From: Ascidiella aspersa
Lineage: Eukaryota
Direction: 5' to 3'
Length of the DNA: 64,000 bases
Assembly (NCBI GenBank): GCA_963924565.1
Contig: OZ004608.1
Span: forward strand, 7,750,001 to 7,814,000
The notes below the pieces were generated by a model. That model had not been told where the DNA came from. It was given only the letters and a program-made list of their open reading frames with translations, and did no database searches. Position numbers and translations under genes: made by a program. Positions 1 to 11,900 of the stretch are shown one piece after another (the first letter of the stretch is position 1; each line of letters opens with the position of its first letter).

Positions 1-708
1 GTAAAACAACCGTTTTTAAGAATCGCGGCAAAAGAAGTATCACAGGTGACACATAAAACATTCAAGGAAAAGGTTTTATGAGCAATAGAGTTTAAAACGA
101 GTTCATTAAGTAGAAATTCTAGGATACTGCTAATTTACGCCTGGGAAGTTGTTATTGAAACAACAAAATGGAATGTGATTTTTTACATAATGCAGCTAAT
201 TAAGAAACACCACATCAATTAACAGAAAACCTTGACTTGCAACAACAAAAAAGAGCCAACAGACTTAACTTGAAGAAAAATCAGCAAAAATGACAACCAG
301 ATAATTTCATTTTCAAGTTTGTGGACTTGTCAACGACAAAAAGTTCAGTGATAATATTATGCTATTTACCTTATACGTTCCCTTTAGGGGTGCATTTGTT
401 TATTAGGGGCAACTGTCAAGTTATCTTGGTTAGGAAGTGTGCCGCGAATATATTTTTTTATTCATGTGTGTGTAGCAAGCTAAAAAAGTTTCTTTGAACC
501 ACTGAGCGAGACACTTTACAGTTTAAGCATTGTTTTCGTGTTTACATCTTTACACCCATGCCTAGGAAATGCTGTCACGTTTATTCCAAGTCCATAATAA
601 CGAATGAAAGGTCTCGGACCAGGACAACGACCAAGACGAAGCTCCTTGTCCAAGTTTGACCATAAAGATGCGCTCCTGCCAACTTCAGTTTCCCGCCGCC
701 TAAAAGCT

Positions 709-3700
709 TCACTCTCCAGCTGGCTCAAACTGTTTAATGAAGTCCACTTCAAGCGGGTGAAGGTTCCCGGCAACCACAAGAGAATGGAGCGGGCGACCCA
801 AGTCACAGTCAACAAGTCGGCCCAAAGGAGCGGCTACGATCCGCTGGTCGTCCCAGCCAACCCTCGAAAGTGCTACGCACGTTGTTTGGCAGGTTAAAGC
901 TGTAAAAGAGACGAGGGTAAAGTCGATGAATTTGAATTGCGACGGGACAATATAGTGAGTAAAGGGAACCGAGTAAAAAAATAAACTTGTTTTAAATTAT
1001 ACTTTGTTTTTCAAATTTAAACTTGTTTTTACCGGGCATGGACGAACTTAGGCCCGCTGAGTCTTTACAAGTAAACTGGCAGATGGTTCATGACTTAAAC
1101 CACTGTGATCTTGATTATGGTTATTCTTTTCTTAAATTGTTAGTACAAACGTTGGTTAGGGTAGGCCATCGAAGGGTTGCCACACAATTTTACGAAAAAT
1201 ATAGACATTTAAATATCTTTCAAGAAATTTGTAGGTTTTTAAAGACTCAAAATTGGATCGCTTTAGGTACTTTAAAAATACTTACCGAAAAATTTGAATT
1301 TAACAAGTAACATTACTGAAAGCTATTTAACACCAGGTGAGTTACATTGATCTTAGCTCGTTTATTAAGGTTTTCGAAATATTTACCTGGTTTTTCCCCA
1401 TTTTCAGTTTTCCTTTCAATAATTTTGAGCAATTGAGAGCAAGCTGTATTGGCAGTCATGTACCTGGGAGGTTCATATACTTTTCTTCCTCTTAAAAAAA
1501 GAATAAACTCTATTAAAGCACAATACACTGTTTACAAAGCAATAAGTAGTAAATAAATTATAAAACATGATGAAATCAACTCATGTATTCAAGAATTAAA
1601 AATCTTACAAATGATGTAAAAAGACTAAAAAATGTTCATACATATGTTAATAATTTCCTATATACAACTTAGAGGTTAAACCAGTAATTTAAGATGTAGG
1701 ATGTATATGATAGATAACATTTTTATCAAATATTTTTTTTAAGGGTATTTATAATTGGATTCCTTTTTACGAAGAAACCTAGAATAAGCTTAATGCTGTG
1801 CATTAGGGTTGTTAAAAAAAACACTTTTTTGTCAAATTTCAGTGGGGAATTGTTAGGTTGCATCTGAAAAGCCCACAAACCAAATCTGAGCACGTTTGGT
1901 TCAGTATTGACCGTGCTACGTCAATTTGAAAATTCAGATTTGGGCTAAAATTTAAAAAAAAAAAAATTGTCCTCCCCTAAAAGTTTTTTTTTCTTCTTTT
2001 TTTGCATTGCTTTGTAATTGAATAGCCATATAAATAAACCTGTTTTGCAGTAAAAAAGTGAGTAGTCATGGTACAAATGTCACATTTCAACAACATTCGT
2101 TAGGCTGTTCTGTACAACAAAATGGCTTAAAAATTTTAAATAAAGTAGATGCAGTAAACATGACATCAAATTAATATAATAGTGCATTTAGTCTTCACAC
2201 AATTATATCAATTACTTATCTAAAGTTCAAAAAATGTGCTAAAAAGTCATTTTTCGTACAAAACAGTCTAACAAATGTTGTTGAAATGTGACATTTGTAC
2301 CATGACTGCTCACTTTTTTACGTCAAAACAGGTTTATTTATGGCTATTCAATTGCAAAGCAATGCAAAAAAAAAATTTTTTTAGGGGGAGGACAATTTTT
2401 TTTTTCAAAATTTTAGGCCAAATCTGAATTTTAAAATTGACGTAGCACTGTCAATACTGAACCAAACATGCTCAGATTTGGTTTGTGGGGTTTTTAGACG
2501 CAACCTAACAATTCCAGGGGGTCCCCCCTGAAATTTGACAAAAAAGTGTTTTTTTGAACAACCCTACTGTGCATACATGAAACTAAATGGCAGTTAAAAA
2601 AGACTCAACATTAAGACTGTCTAACAAGCATAGTATTGAATATACTGTTGCTCTCAGGCATTGTTCCAATGGTAAAATTGTTCTTCCGGCAAAAAAGACA
2701 ATTTCACAATTGCAGCAAATTATTGTCAAATCACCTCCTCATAATTATAAAGGGGTTGTTCTGACAAATATGAGTTTGGCGCCGACGTTTCGATTAACTA
2801 TACGGGTAATCTTTTTCAGGACAAAAAGACTTGGGTACATATCAAGTAAGTCAAAAGACACCTTAAAGTTACAAGTCTTTTAGCCCTAAAGAAGATTACC
2901 CACATAGGTAATCGAAATGTAGGCGTCAATGAACCCCTTAATAATTATATAATGCCTGGCAGCAACAGTATATTTACCTCATCATGTTTTCCACTGTTTG
3001 TTCTTTCACTTTGATGTCGAGCAGACAGAGAGTGTGTAAGCCCCTTCGCAAGTTGGACTCAATCTTGTCGTAGAAACTGTCAGGCTCCCAGTTATCGTTC
3101 CAAAATACAATGGAAACCGTTTCGCCAAAGCTGTACAACTTTACAAAAAAATAACAAAAAAGGTGAGTGAAGTTTAAGGTGGTTTAAAAGCAGATAAGTG
3201 GAACAGCCTTTGGTTTGTGTTAGTGGTTACTTGTGCTGTACACTGCAACTTTTTGAGATTGTCAGAGCTGGCAGGTAAAGGTAAGATGTAAGCAAGAGAA
3301 ACCATAAAGACGCAAGTAAAAATATTAAGAATGTATATAGTTTGTTATTTTATACTTTATACTAGGCATTTCTGACAAAACAAGCATTTGTTTTCAGCAG
3401 AATATTTTAGCGCCGCATTCAAATCGCTATCTATCAAAATTTACAAAAAATTCTAGAAAACTTTGTAAAATTTATGTGTACGGGAAATATGTCATGTTCA
3501 AATGGCAGTGAAAAAGATGAACATTAATTTTCAACAAACTCGACTATATGCGTCCATTGTTTTTTAAATAAACACCAATACTTTACTTACTTGCAACCCA
3601 CAGCACCCAATTGCATTCATAATTGACGCATTGTGTACAACCTTGTACGAAATACTTTCCTCAATTGCTCGAAGAATAAGATCACTGTGTGTGGTGGCCC

Positions 3701-4845
3701 TAAAATAAGAGTTAAAAATAATTTCATGATCAAAGCTCTTCAGTTAGTGTAAACTGAAGATGATACAAGTTCGTATCGAAACGTCTTAATCTAGATGCTT
3801 TCGATCTACTCGACCTTTTTGGCTTTGAAATTTATTATTAAACAAAGTATGTCATATTCAAATAAAGAGAATTCAATGAATGATTACAAGACATATACTC
3901 ATTCCTATGTATCTAGAGAAAGCTGCTCATTCTTGACAAAAAATGTAGTATTTTAGGTTTCCAAGAAAAGTACCAAAATAAATTTCTCGATGTCTGAGTC
4001 AACTCATTTAACAGTTCAAATCCATTCAGCGATGCAAAATTAAGCACATTTATTTTACCCAAAGGGATCTCCGATCACCAAAAACGCCACATCTTCCGTT
4101 TTGGCCAGCTCAAAAATGTTATTGGACCCTTGTTCCACCATATCGCGATCTGCAAGAATAACAGAGCGCCCGTAGAACTCTTCCTGTCAAATATATGCAG
4201 GATTTCTGTTTTGCCAACAAAAAAACAATAGCTAAGGTTTCCATGTTTAGGTTTGATAACTGTGAAAAATATTGTCAGATTGTTGATAAAGTATCAATTA
4301 CATTTAATTTGTTTGGACTTTAGTTAAAGAATTGGTTAAATACAGATAAAAAAATTCAACTAAATGGTGCATAACCCTGATTTTAAAAAAGCTTAGGATG
4401 TTCATTTCTACGATTTAAAAACGTTTTGATATTAGGGCAACTTAATATTGATATTTAGAAAAATAGAGATATAAATTAGCAGCTTTGCCGGAAAGTTCTG
4501 CTAAATTGAGAATTGTTTGCCACCTTAAATTGTTAATAACAGCAAAATCCAACGATACTGCTTTTTGCGCGCATAGAAAAGTGTGCTGAAAAAACTTAAA
4601 ATTTACCTAAGGCAACTTAAAAAATAAAAGGGCACCTAACGAACAAAACATTGTACTACAGGCAATTTGACTGTTTTTTTAAATAACACAAAAGTGATTT
4701 AACAAACCAGTTCCGCTTGTCCACACGACAAAATTGAGGTGTAGGCTTCCAAGTAGACTTTGGCGGCTTGTTGTATAATCTTCAATCCCTTAACAGTAAC
4801 ATCATCTGGGCCACCAAGACCCAGACCAATTAAGTACAGCACCAT
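709..4845 (-). CDS. DPH5: Diphthine methyl ester synthase, 6 exons, ~275 aa
   Basis: Exons 4845-4708, 4183-4059, 3699-3591, 3138-2978, 1490-1387, 899-709; all GT-AG with consistent phases (828 nt). Translation has [21 protein letters not shown]...LEAYTS...VIGDPFGATTHSDL...[25 protein letters not shown]...[12 protein letters not shown]...YEPPRYMT...PLHSLV, all DPH5 motifs. Confidence 0.96.
1804..2566. mobile_element. Foldback-like non-autonomous hAT element with ~330-bp inverted arms, in DPH5 intron 4
   Basis: Ends TAGGGTTGTT...AACAACCCTA; exact 8-bp TSD CTGTGCAT at 1796-1803 and 2567-2574; the two halves are near-perfect reverse complements. Confidence 0.9.
2741..2948. repeat. Inverted repeat carrying two degenerate hammerhead-like motifs (possible Penelope-like element remnant)
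   Basis: ATAATTATAAAGGGGTT pairs with AACCCCTTAATAATTAT. Minus strand reads CCTGAAAAAGATTA...TAATCGAAACGTCGG; plus strand reads CCTAAAGAAGATTACC...GGTAATCGAAATGTAGG. Confidence 0.5.
3751..3788 (+). ncRNA. Minimal type-I hammerhead ribozyme-like motif, antisense in DPH5 intron 2
   Basis: CTGAAGA-T-GATAC-aagttc-GTATC-GAAAC-GTC: intact CUGANGA and GAAA core with a 5-bp stem II; stem I pairing is weak. Confidence 0.4.
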
Positions 4846-4944
4846 GTTTTTAATCTAAAAATATTCAGAGACCACAATCAATTGACCCACCATTGTATAA
4901 GGTCGAAATATATTTTGTTTTAAAAAAATGCATTTTTGTTTATT
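4846..4944 (-). promoter_or_regulatory. Putative MRPS7 poly(A) signal followed by a splice acceptor just upstream of the DPH5 ATG
   Basis: Minus-strand AATAAA at 4944-4939; TTTTTAG acceptor (AG at 4856-4855) leaves a 9-nt leader before the ATG at 4845. Confidence 0.5.
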
Positions 4945-5142
4945 TATGTTTAAAATTTGAGTCAGCAACTAACTGGCTGTGGTTAAAAGAATATCGTTTT
5001 ACAAGGCCGGTTTAAATATTTATGCCGATTTTAGACATTACAAGTTTTCAGAAACACAAAACATTGCGCTACCCAAAAAATAAACATGGCAAAAATAGCA
5101 GCAATTTTAACCACGTGCAATCAAAAAGGAAAACCGAACTGT

Positions 5143-5862
5143 TCACTTTCTCCAGCGAAAATGGGCATAAGCACGCTTTGACTCGGCCAGTTTGTGCAAT
5201 TCTTTCTTTTTCTGCACGAGGTCGCCTTGGTTCTGATAAGCACGTAAAATCTCCTGACTCAATCTCAGGCCAGCCTTGGTGTTTGGCTTGCCGCTCGCCG
5301 AACCGGCACGCGTCACCTTCCGCTTGATGTGGGCAAGGAGCCAGCTGGAGGCGATAAAGAACTGATCCTTGTCGTCGAGCGGGTACGGGATCTGGTACAC
5401 CTGTGAGCCCCGTCTCAAAGACTCCACATTCACAACCGGCTTGATGTTTCCCAGTCCTTCATGGAAAACCTTAAGTGGATTTATTTCGATGTGCGGTTTT
5501 TCCTCCTCGCTGGCGGCATGGTACTTCTTGAGTTGGGCAAACTTGATGAGGGTCAGCGTATCTTTCAAGATGGCGTCAGCCGCTACGCCCTTGCCCTGCT
5601 TTAAGATTAGCTTGCGGAACTTGTGGAGAGTTTCGTCGTAGAAGCTAGAGTACGTGTGATCATTGGGCGCCGCCTTGATCTTTTTTAATGACATTGTATC
5701 ACCGTCCGCTGGGGGGTTGTCTTTATAGTATTTGGGGTCTGCAATTGGGTCAATCCATTCAGGCCCGTACATTGAATAGTTTTTCACAAACAAAACGGCC
5801 CCGAAATGTCTGTTGGAACCGCAGAAGGAGCCTAACCTCAAGGGCAATTTTACGATTGACAT
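5143..5862 (-). CDS. MRPS7: Mitochondrial ribosomal protein uS7m, intronless CDS, ~239 aa
   Basis: S7 motifs (LILKQGK, KPVVNVESLRRGSQVYQIPYPL, VQKKKELHKLAESKRAYAHFRW) plus the mitochondrial-type N-terminus (YGPEWIDP, KIKAAP...SSFYD). First ATG is 5862 (MSIVKLPLRLG), preceded by TTTTTTAAG; the track start at 5928 is not an ATG. Confidence 0.93.
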   Translation of the reverse strand: MSIVKLPLRLGSFCGSNRHFGAVLFVKNYSMYGPEWIDPIADPKYYKDNPPADGDTMSLKKIKAAPNDHTYSSFYDETLHKFRKLILKQGKGVAADAILKDTLTLIKFAQLKKYHAASEEEKPHIEINPLKVFHEGLGNIKPVVNVESLRRGSQVYQIPYPLDDKDQFFIASSWLLAHIKRKVTRAGSASGKPNTKAGLRLSQEILRAYQNQGDLVQKKKELHKLAESKRAYAHFRWRK

Positions 5863-6373
5863 TATCTTAAAAAATGGAAAAAATATTTTTATAATACTAG
5901 GATTGAGTAGGTTTGCTTGTAAACACATTTTTAATCAAACCTAACACAATTTTATTGTGGTAGCATGTTTTCTCTGGCCCGTCTGCGTTTCATGACCGGT
6001 ACACACGCAATAGTTTTTCTAAAAAAATTTGTGTGCACATCTAATTTGGTATATATTGCACACTTAAATTTTGACAAAATTAGGCTAAATTGTGGTAGAT
6101 TTTTAACCTAATGTATTGAGAAAAACATAATTGCAAACCTGCACACACAAGATCTTGGCGTCATGGCGTGAATCGCCATGAAATGTAAACTGGCTCTGGG
6201 GTGCAGCCCGAAATTTACATGTGTGACACTCAAAGATATCTTATGCCTATGATAAGGCATGTCATATACAAGCATTTAATGGCACTTTACACTGAGATCT
6301 TGGATGTGCAACTAAATTTTTGGGTGTGCAATTTTGTTTTTTACTCACCTTAGGTTGGCACAGGAAAACATTG

Positions 6374-6579
6374 GGCATGCTGGTCAAGCATCCTACCACA
6401 ACGCACATTATTTAGGTTAAGGTGTGGGTTAGCGATTTGGGTTAGGTGGGCCAAGTATTATTATTAAATAATGAATATAATAATACTTGACCCACCCTAA
6501 CCCAAACTCGCTAACTCGCACCCTTACCTAAATGTTGTGTATTGATTAAATAATTGTGGTAGGATTCTAGACCAGCGCC
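6374..6579. mobile_element. Palindromic MITE, Merlin-like (GG...CC ends, 8-bp TSD)
   Basis: TSD AAACATTG at 6366-6373 and 6580-6587; internal arms GGGTTAGGTGGGCCAAGTATTATT / AATAATACTTGACCCACCCTAACCC. Confidence 0.75.
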
Positions 6580-6851
6580 AAACATTGCGCTAAACAAATT
6601 TATAACTTTGAACATCCTAAATACCGTTGTCGCTAAAAAAAAGTAATTGAAAAAATGTTTTGTATGTCAGGGTTGGAATTTAATTAAATTTTACATTAGC
6701 AACTCACAAGTTGTGCAAGTGTTTATCAATATGCACTCGCTCAGACGAATTTAATCGTTACCAATTTATAATACAATAATTTGGCCTTCAGTCTTTACAT
6801 GATGTTGTCGCAGATAGAAACATCAAGTAGTCCAGTAGGTAAAGCACTGAT

Positions 6852-7849
6852 CAGGGTTGCCAGACTATGAAAAGGTCTTCAAGCCGAAATAATACCAAAA
6901 AAAGGCCAAATGGACATTTGCCTGTTTCTATTGTAAATAATAAAATATACCTATAAATCAGGTGGGTAATTATCTTATGCAGCAAAAAAATGGTCCAACA
7001 GGAAAGAGTCATATAGCGTCTAACAAAGCTGAACACTTTTAATAAAAAAGTCAAATATGAAAGCAGTTAATATTAAAATGTCGTCAATAAATCAAGCTAA
7101 ATTCATGATGTATTTAAATGAATATTACTACACTAATGAATAGACTTGTTACAAAAGAAGATTCTTTGTAACAAATCTATGATTTTTAATGACAAATTTA
7201 CTTATACCATAACAAACCATCAGAATAACGGTAATTTGAAAAGCACTCAATTGCGAAATCACAAATCACTTGCAAGCTGTACAACTGATTTTCTGAAAGC
7301 ATGCGTGGCTGGTAAGCCAGCGGTTGAGTTCTACCGCTCGATCAAAAAGTGAACACATTACGTTTCTTAAAAATAGAGCTAGCTCCACCAGGCAACATAT
7401 CAATAGATACATTACGTTTCTGTATACCACATTAATGTCTATAATATTCATATTTATAGATAATTTATGACTTGAAGCTGATTTTAATAAATTGTAACAA
7501 AACTAATTTTAAAAGTAGCCCGAAAAATAGCAAGTATAAAAAACTGTAGTGGATGAGCCTTTTCATCCGCTACAGTGGTGGTATCTGGCACCACTGGCTT
7601 GCTAGAGGGTGAGCACTGAGCACAGTCGGACTTGGCGCCGGCGTTAAACAAGTATAGAACATGTGTTGAACAAAGGCAAATATGGTTTCATCCGGCAAGG
7701 TTACGATATATAAGAAATATTGATTAATTTGAAGAGTAAATTAAAAAAGCCAAATTTAAGGCCAAATGTATAATTCCTAAGGCCAACCGACTCTAAAAAA
7801 AGCCAAATTCGAGGAATTTGGCCTTAAAAAGGCCAATCTGGCAACCCTG
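6852..7849. mobile_element. ~1-kb non-autonomous DNA transposon, EnSpm/CMC-like
   Basis: TIR CAGGGTTGCCAGA / TCTGGCAACCCTG, 2-bp TSD AT, subterminal AAGGCCAAAT repeats at both ends. Confidence 0.7.
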
Positions 7850-8987
7850 ATCCTACCTTTCAATACAACAACCACACGTTGTCTCTGTAAACATAGAATG
7901 CTAAAACTTTATGACAAGTACTCTATGTTTCAAGGAGTCGAACAGAAACCGAACCGGAACTTTATGAACCGGTTTTGGATGATTTTTTTAGCGTGGAATC
8001 AACACATTTCAACATCAAAGTAAACAAGACGATTAAATGTTTAATGACGCTGCTCGCAGCGAATGAGAATTCATATTCAACACAGTAATATACCAAATAA
8101 ATCACACATAATAAAACAGGGTTAAAATATCACATAATGGTTCAATCGCATAATAAGCATATTTTGATATATAGTTCGATGTTATTCGGAGCCTTTTGCC
8201 AATTTTAGTTTCAATTTCGAACTGTTATGCAATATTTAAACATGTTTTTTATACTTGTACATTGACAATGGAAATTTTGGGCTTGCAATTAAATAAAATT
8301 GACAATTAAAAAAGGTTTTTTTATTCATGTAAAACCTAAATAAATTCCATAAATACAAATGAACTCTGGCAGGTAAAATTTACAAATCGTTATATTTATA
8401 CAATTATTTTATATACCAAGGGCGTAAAACTATACGTACAGGGAGGGGTACGTATGTAACGTAAATAAACAAGATTTTTATTATCGGTAGTTTGCATATG
8501 GGAAAGCTATATGTTCTTTATTAGCTGAGATGCGTTAACAACGCGCAAAGTGGACATCTGGAAAACATGCACCATTTAAGTTAACCCAAACTACAAATTG
8601 ACAAACGTATAAGTGCGCCTCTATCACTACAAGTTAAAGACCGCTAAACTCACAATGCCAACAAACAGCCTAATATAGTTTAGTCTCATAAGCCAGTGGA
8701 AACGAGGTTTTTGCGTCTCAAGCGTTTTCGGAGTGAGAACCGGAACAGTATATTATACGTTAAACCATTATAGGCTGTTTCAAAGGTGGGTTAAGTGACA
8801 CAATTTTACAACAACACCCAATGATCGCTACAAATCTACAAAGCATAAAGCATTTCTACAAACCGTCAGTGGTCCTTTCTTAATATAGTTAAGTAACATT
8901 AAATTGTTGACAGTTCTACAACGAAGCGCGGTCGCCTGAATCACGCTGATTCTATAGTTTACTGGGCCATATATGACTATGTCAAAA

Positions 8988-11900
8988 TTAAAGCAATTTA
9001 AATTGAACTATCCTAAGATTGTTTTCAAATATTTCAACTTGGCACCGACGCTCGTTTTCATCACTGAAATCTAAAGCTTTCTGAACACTTTCGATCGCTT
9101 GTTTGTAATAAGTTGCCGCAAGTTTATATTTCGACATATTGTCGTATGTTGTCCCGATGTTGTTTAAACAGTGACAGTAAACTTTGTACTTGGCTGCGTC
9201 GGCACCAAAACGATTTTCCATCAAGGCGATCGCTTCTTGCAATGTAACTTCCCTTTGCTTAGACTCTTTGATGTAATCTTGACTCACACCAATCGCATTT
9301 AAGCACAACGCTTCGTACACACACCTCGCATTCCCATCGACGTTCCTCACCTTTTGCACCTCCCGACGTACGTCACGCATTAATGGGATCACGTGGTCTG
9401 CGACTGTTTGTTTTGCGCTGACGTCAGATGAAGCAAGTTCTTTATTAACTACTTCCATTCCATCAACACATCTCTTAATTCCCTCCAAGGCGTGTTCAGT
9501 GTTGACTTTGTTTGTGTAAAGCGATGCCGCGACGCGGTAGAAGGTGGCAGATTGTAAATAGTGCTTCTTCGTGCGCAGCTTAAACGCCGACGCTTCCAGC
9601 TCGTCGGCGGATAAATATTCCATCTCGCGGATAAACTTCACCAACTTCTCGACTTGGTCAAGTGCTTTGCCGAATTGCAGCATCTTGAAATGCTGCAAAC
9701 ACGCCTTCAGTAGTTTGGCTGATTTAGCGCCTTTAAAGTCAAATAAATGAGTCATTATTTATAATTCAATTATTACCTTAATTAAACGACTTTTCGAAAT
9801 TCGTTTTGATATGCGTTTAGTCACAGCGGTATTTTAACCAACGACAAACCATTCCTAATGGATATAACGTCGTTATTATTTGGACTGAAATTAAACTTGA
9901 AACACTTCTTGAAGCTTTAGGTTACAAATTTGGAAAATAAGGCTTTTCAATTAAATATCAGTTATACAATTTTTAGATTTTGTACACCCATCATCTTGTG
10001 TGCATCTATGTAATGTTAGGCTACTTACTGTGTTGTTTAAATGTCGCTCGAAGCTCTTCTCCACTCATAGCTGTCTCAATTAATTCGCTATCTAAATAAA
10101 ACAGGAAAATTGACATATGAACGTATCAGCAGATGGACAGAATTCAACCACCTAACTGATATTATATTTATTTATTAATAATAGCTTAAAAAATCCCAAA
10201 ACATATCTTATAGACTTATAGAGTAATTGTGTTTGAACAGTTTTTTTCTTCGACAAGCCAAACTTTTAAATTGATTATAAAATGGAACTTTTCTATCCTG
10301 TTGTAAATATTTTATTGATATGAAAAATAATTAATTATTGTAAATTGGACAAAACAATTAAATCAGGGCAAGGAGAATATTTTTGGTATTGAAAATTACT
10401 TAGGGCAGGACAGCAGCGTTTGGAGTCTAATCTGGCTCAGGACCTGGCAAATTCTTTTTTGCTTTTTAAAACTTTACTCGTTTTAATTAATGCACTTCAC
10501 CTCACTTTATTTGTTCTGTTGCCTTTCTACTTTTTCCACTGATGACCACTAATTGTTTTCAGCCTTTGTTTTAATCAGGGCTGGGGAGCCGGAGCCGGAG
10601 CTGGAGCCCGGAGCCCGGAGCTAAGCATTTTCTCTGGAGCCAGAGCCGGAGCCGGAGCCATTGTTATTATTTTTGTGGAGCTGGAGCCGGAGCCGGAGCC
10701 ATTTTTATTATTTTTGTGGAGCTGGAGCCGGAGCCGGAGCCATTTTTATTATTTTTGTGGAGCTGGAGCCATTTTTCAATTTGTGGTGCTAAAGCTAAGA
10801 AATTATATTTTGTTCCATCTCCAACGTTAATTAGCCAAAAGCAATTTTTAAAACTTGCCATTGAATAAGTGAGAGTCATTGGGTGTGTGTTTGATGGCTC
10901 CGGAGCTGGAGCCGGAGCCAAAGGATTGAGTTTTACGACTCCGGAGCTGGAGCCGGAGCCATTTAATAATTGCCTGATGGCTCCGGAGCTGGAGCCGGAG
11001 CTAATGCTATTTTACGGTGGCTCCCCAGCCCTGGTTTTAATGGTGAACGACAATTCCTTGCTGAAACTAAAAAACCCGGCAGTCTGGGTTTGAGCGTGGT
11101 GTGGAACAGTGTAGCTGTTTTTGTGAGCAAGCGAGCCGAAGTACGCGCTAGCCGTTCTGCTACAGATTAAGCTTAGTGGTGGCGTTCGCGCCACACAGCC
11201 ATTCTGATAATATTAAATACTAATGTTTAAATTGGGTGTGGCAGCCGGTCAGTGACAGGCCGTCAGTGAATAAGATAAGCACTTGTTCGTAAGCAATTAG
11301 GCTGCAGTCGTAAATCGTAAAAGGAAATGTAAATCGTAAAGGCTGAAGCAAGTATGGTGTGGAACGATTTTCACCTATAATTCAAGGATATATAACACCA
11401 TTATGAGTGGATTGCTGTGTCCGCCATCTTTTAAATGATTGGATTGGTGTAATATCGGGTTTTGCGGTCGGAGTCGGACGCTAAACTCGAGATTCGATTT
11501 TATTTTTTCCAAGCTTGGTCGATCTTAATTTGTTTTAAACTCACTCTGCCGTACTAACTGGGGATAATTCTGAATGAATGTTAATAGAATACAACGGCTT
11601 AGTTTATCGACACTAGACAAGTTAAACAAGCCTTATAATTGTAAAAATCGTGCAAGCATCAGAAATAACCTGCACCACGTTGTGCTTGTTGGTCAGACTG
11701 CTGCGATGTACCAGGTGTGCTGTGCAGTTCGTCGTAAGTGGTTTGGTTAGAAGCCTCAAATTCTAGCCACATAAAGTTCAAGTTATTCGAACATTTTTAC
11801 ATGGAATGATTAATTATTGTCAGTCTGTGTACACGTATTAGGCCTGAGTTCCTATGTTGTTTGATTCCGTATTTAAAAAAAAATAATTATTTAGAATACC

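Noticed and set aside
516-897. Extra gene overlapping the DPH5 3' end
   Set aside because: Alternative frames and antisense of the last DPH5 exon plus 3' UTR; an AATAAA near 580-585 (minus) fits DPH5 polyadenylation.
8988-9755. Stand-alone intronless TPR gene
   Set aside because: The ATG at 9755 is not conserved in paralog B, while the acceptor and 743-nt exon size are.
10667-11194. APAPAP / GSGAGA / PELEPE ORFs
   Set aside because: Translations of the GGAGCC-repeat MITE.
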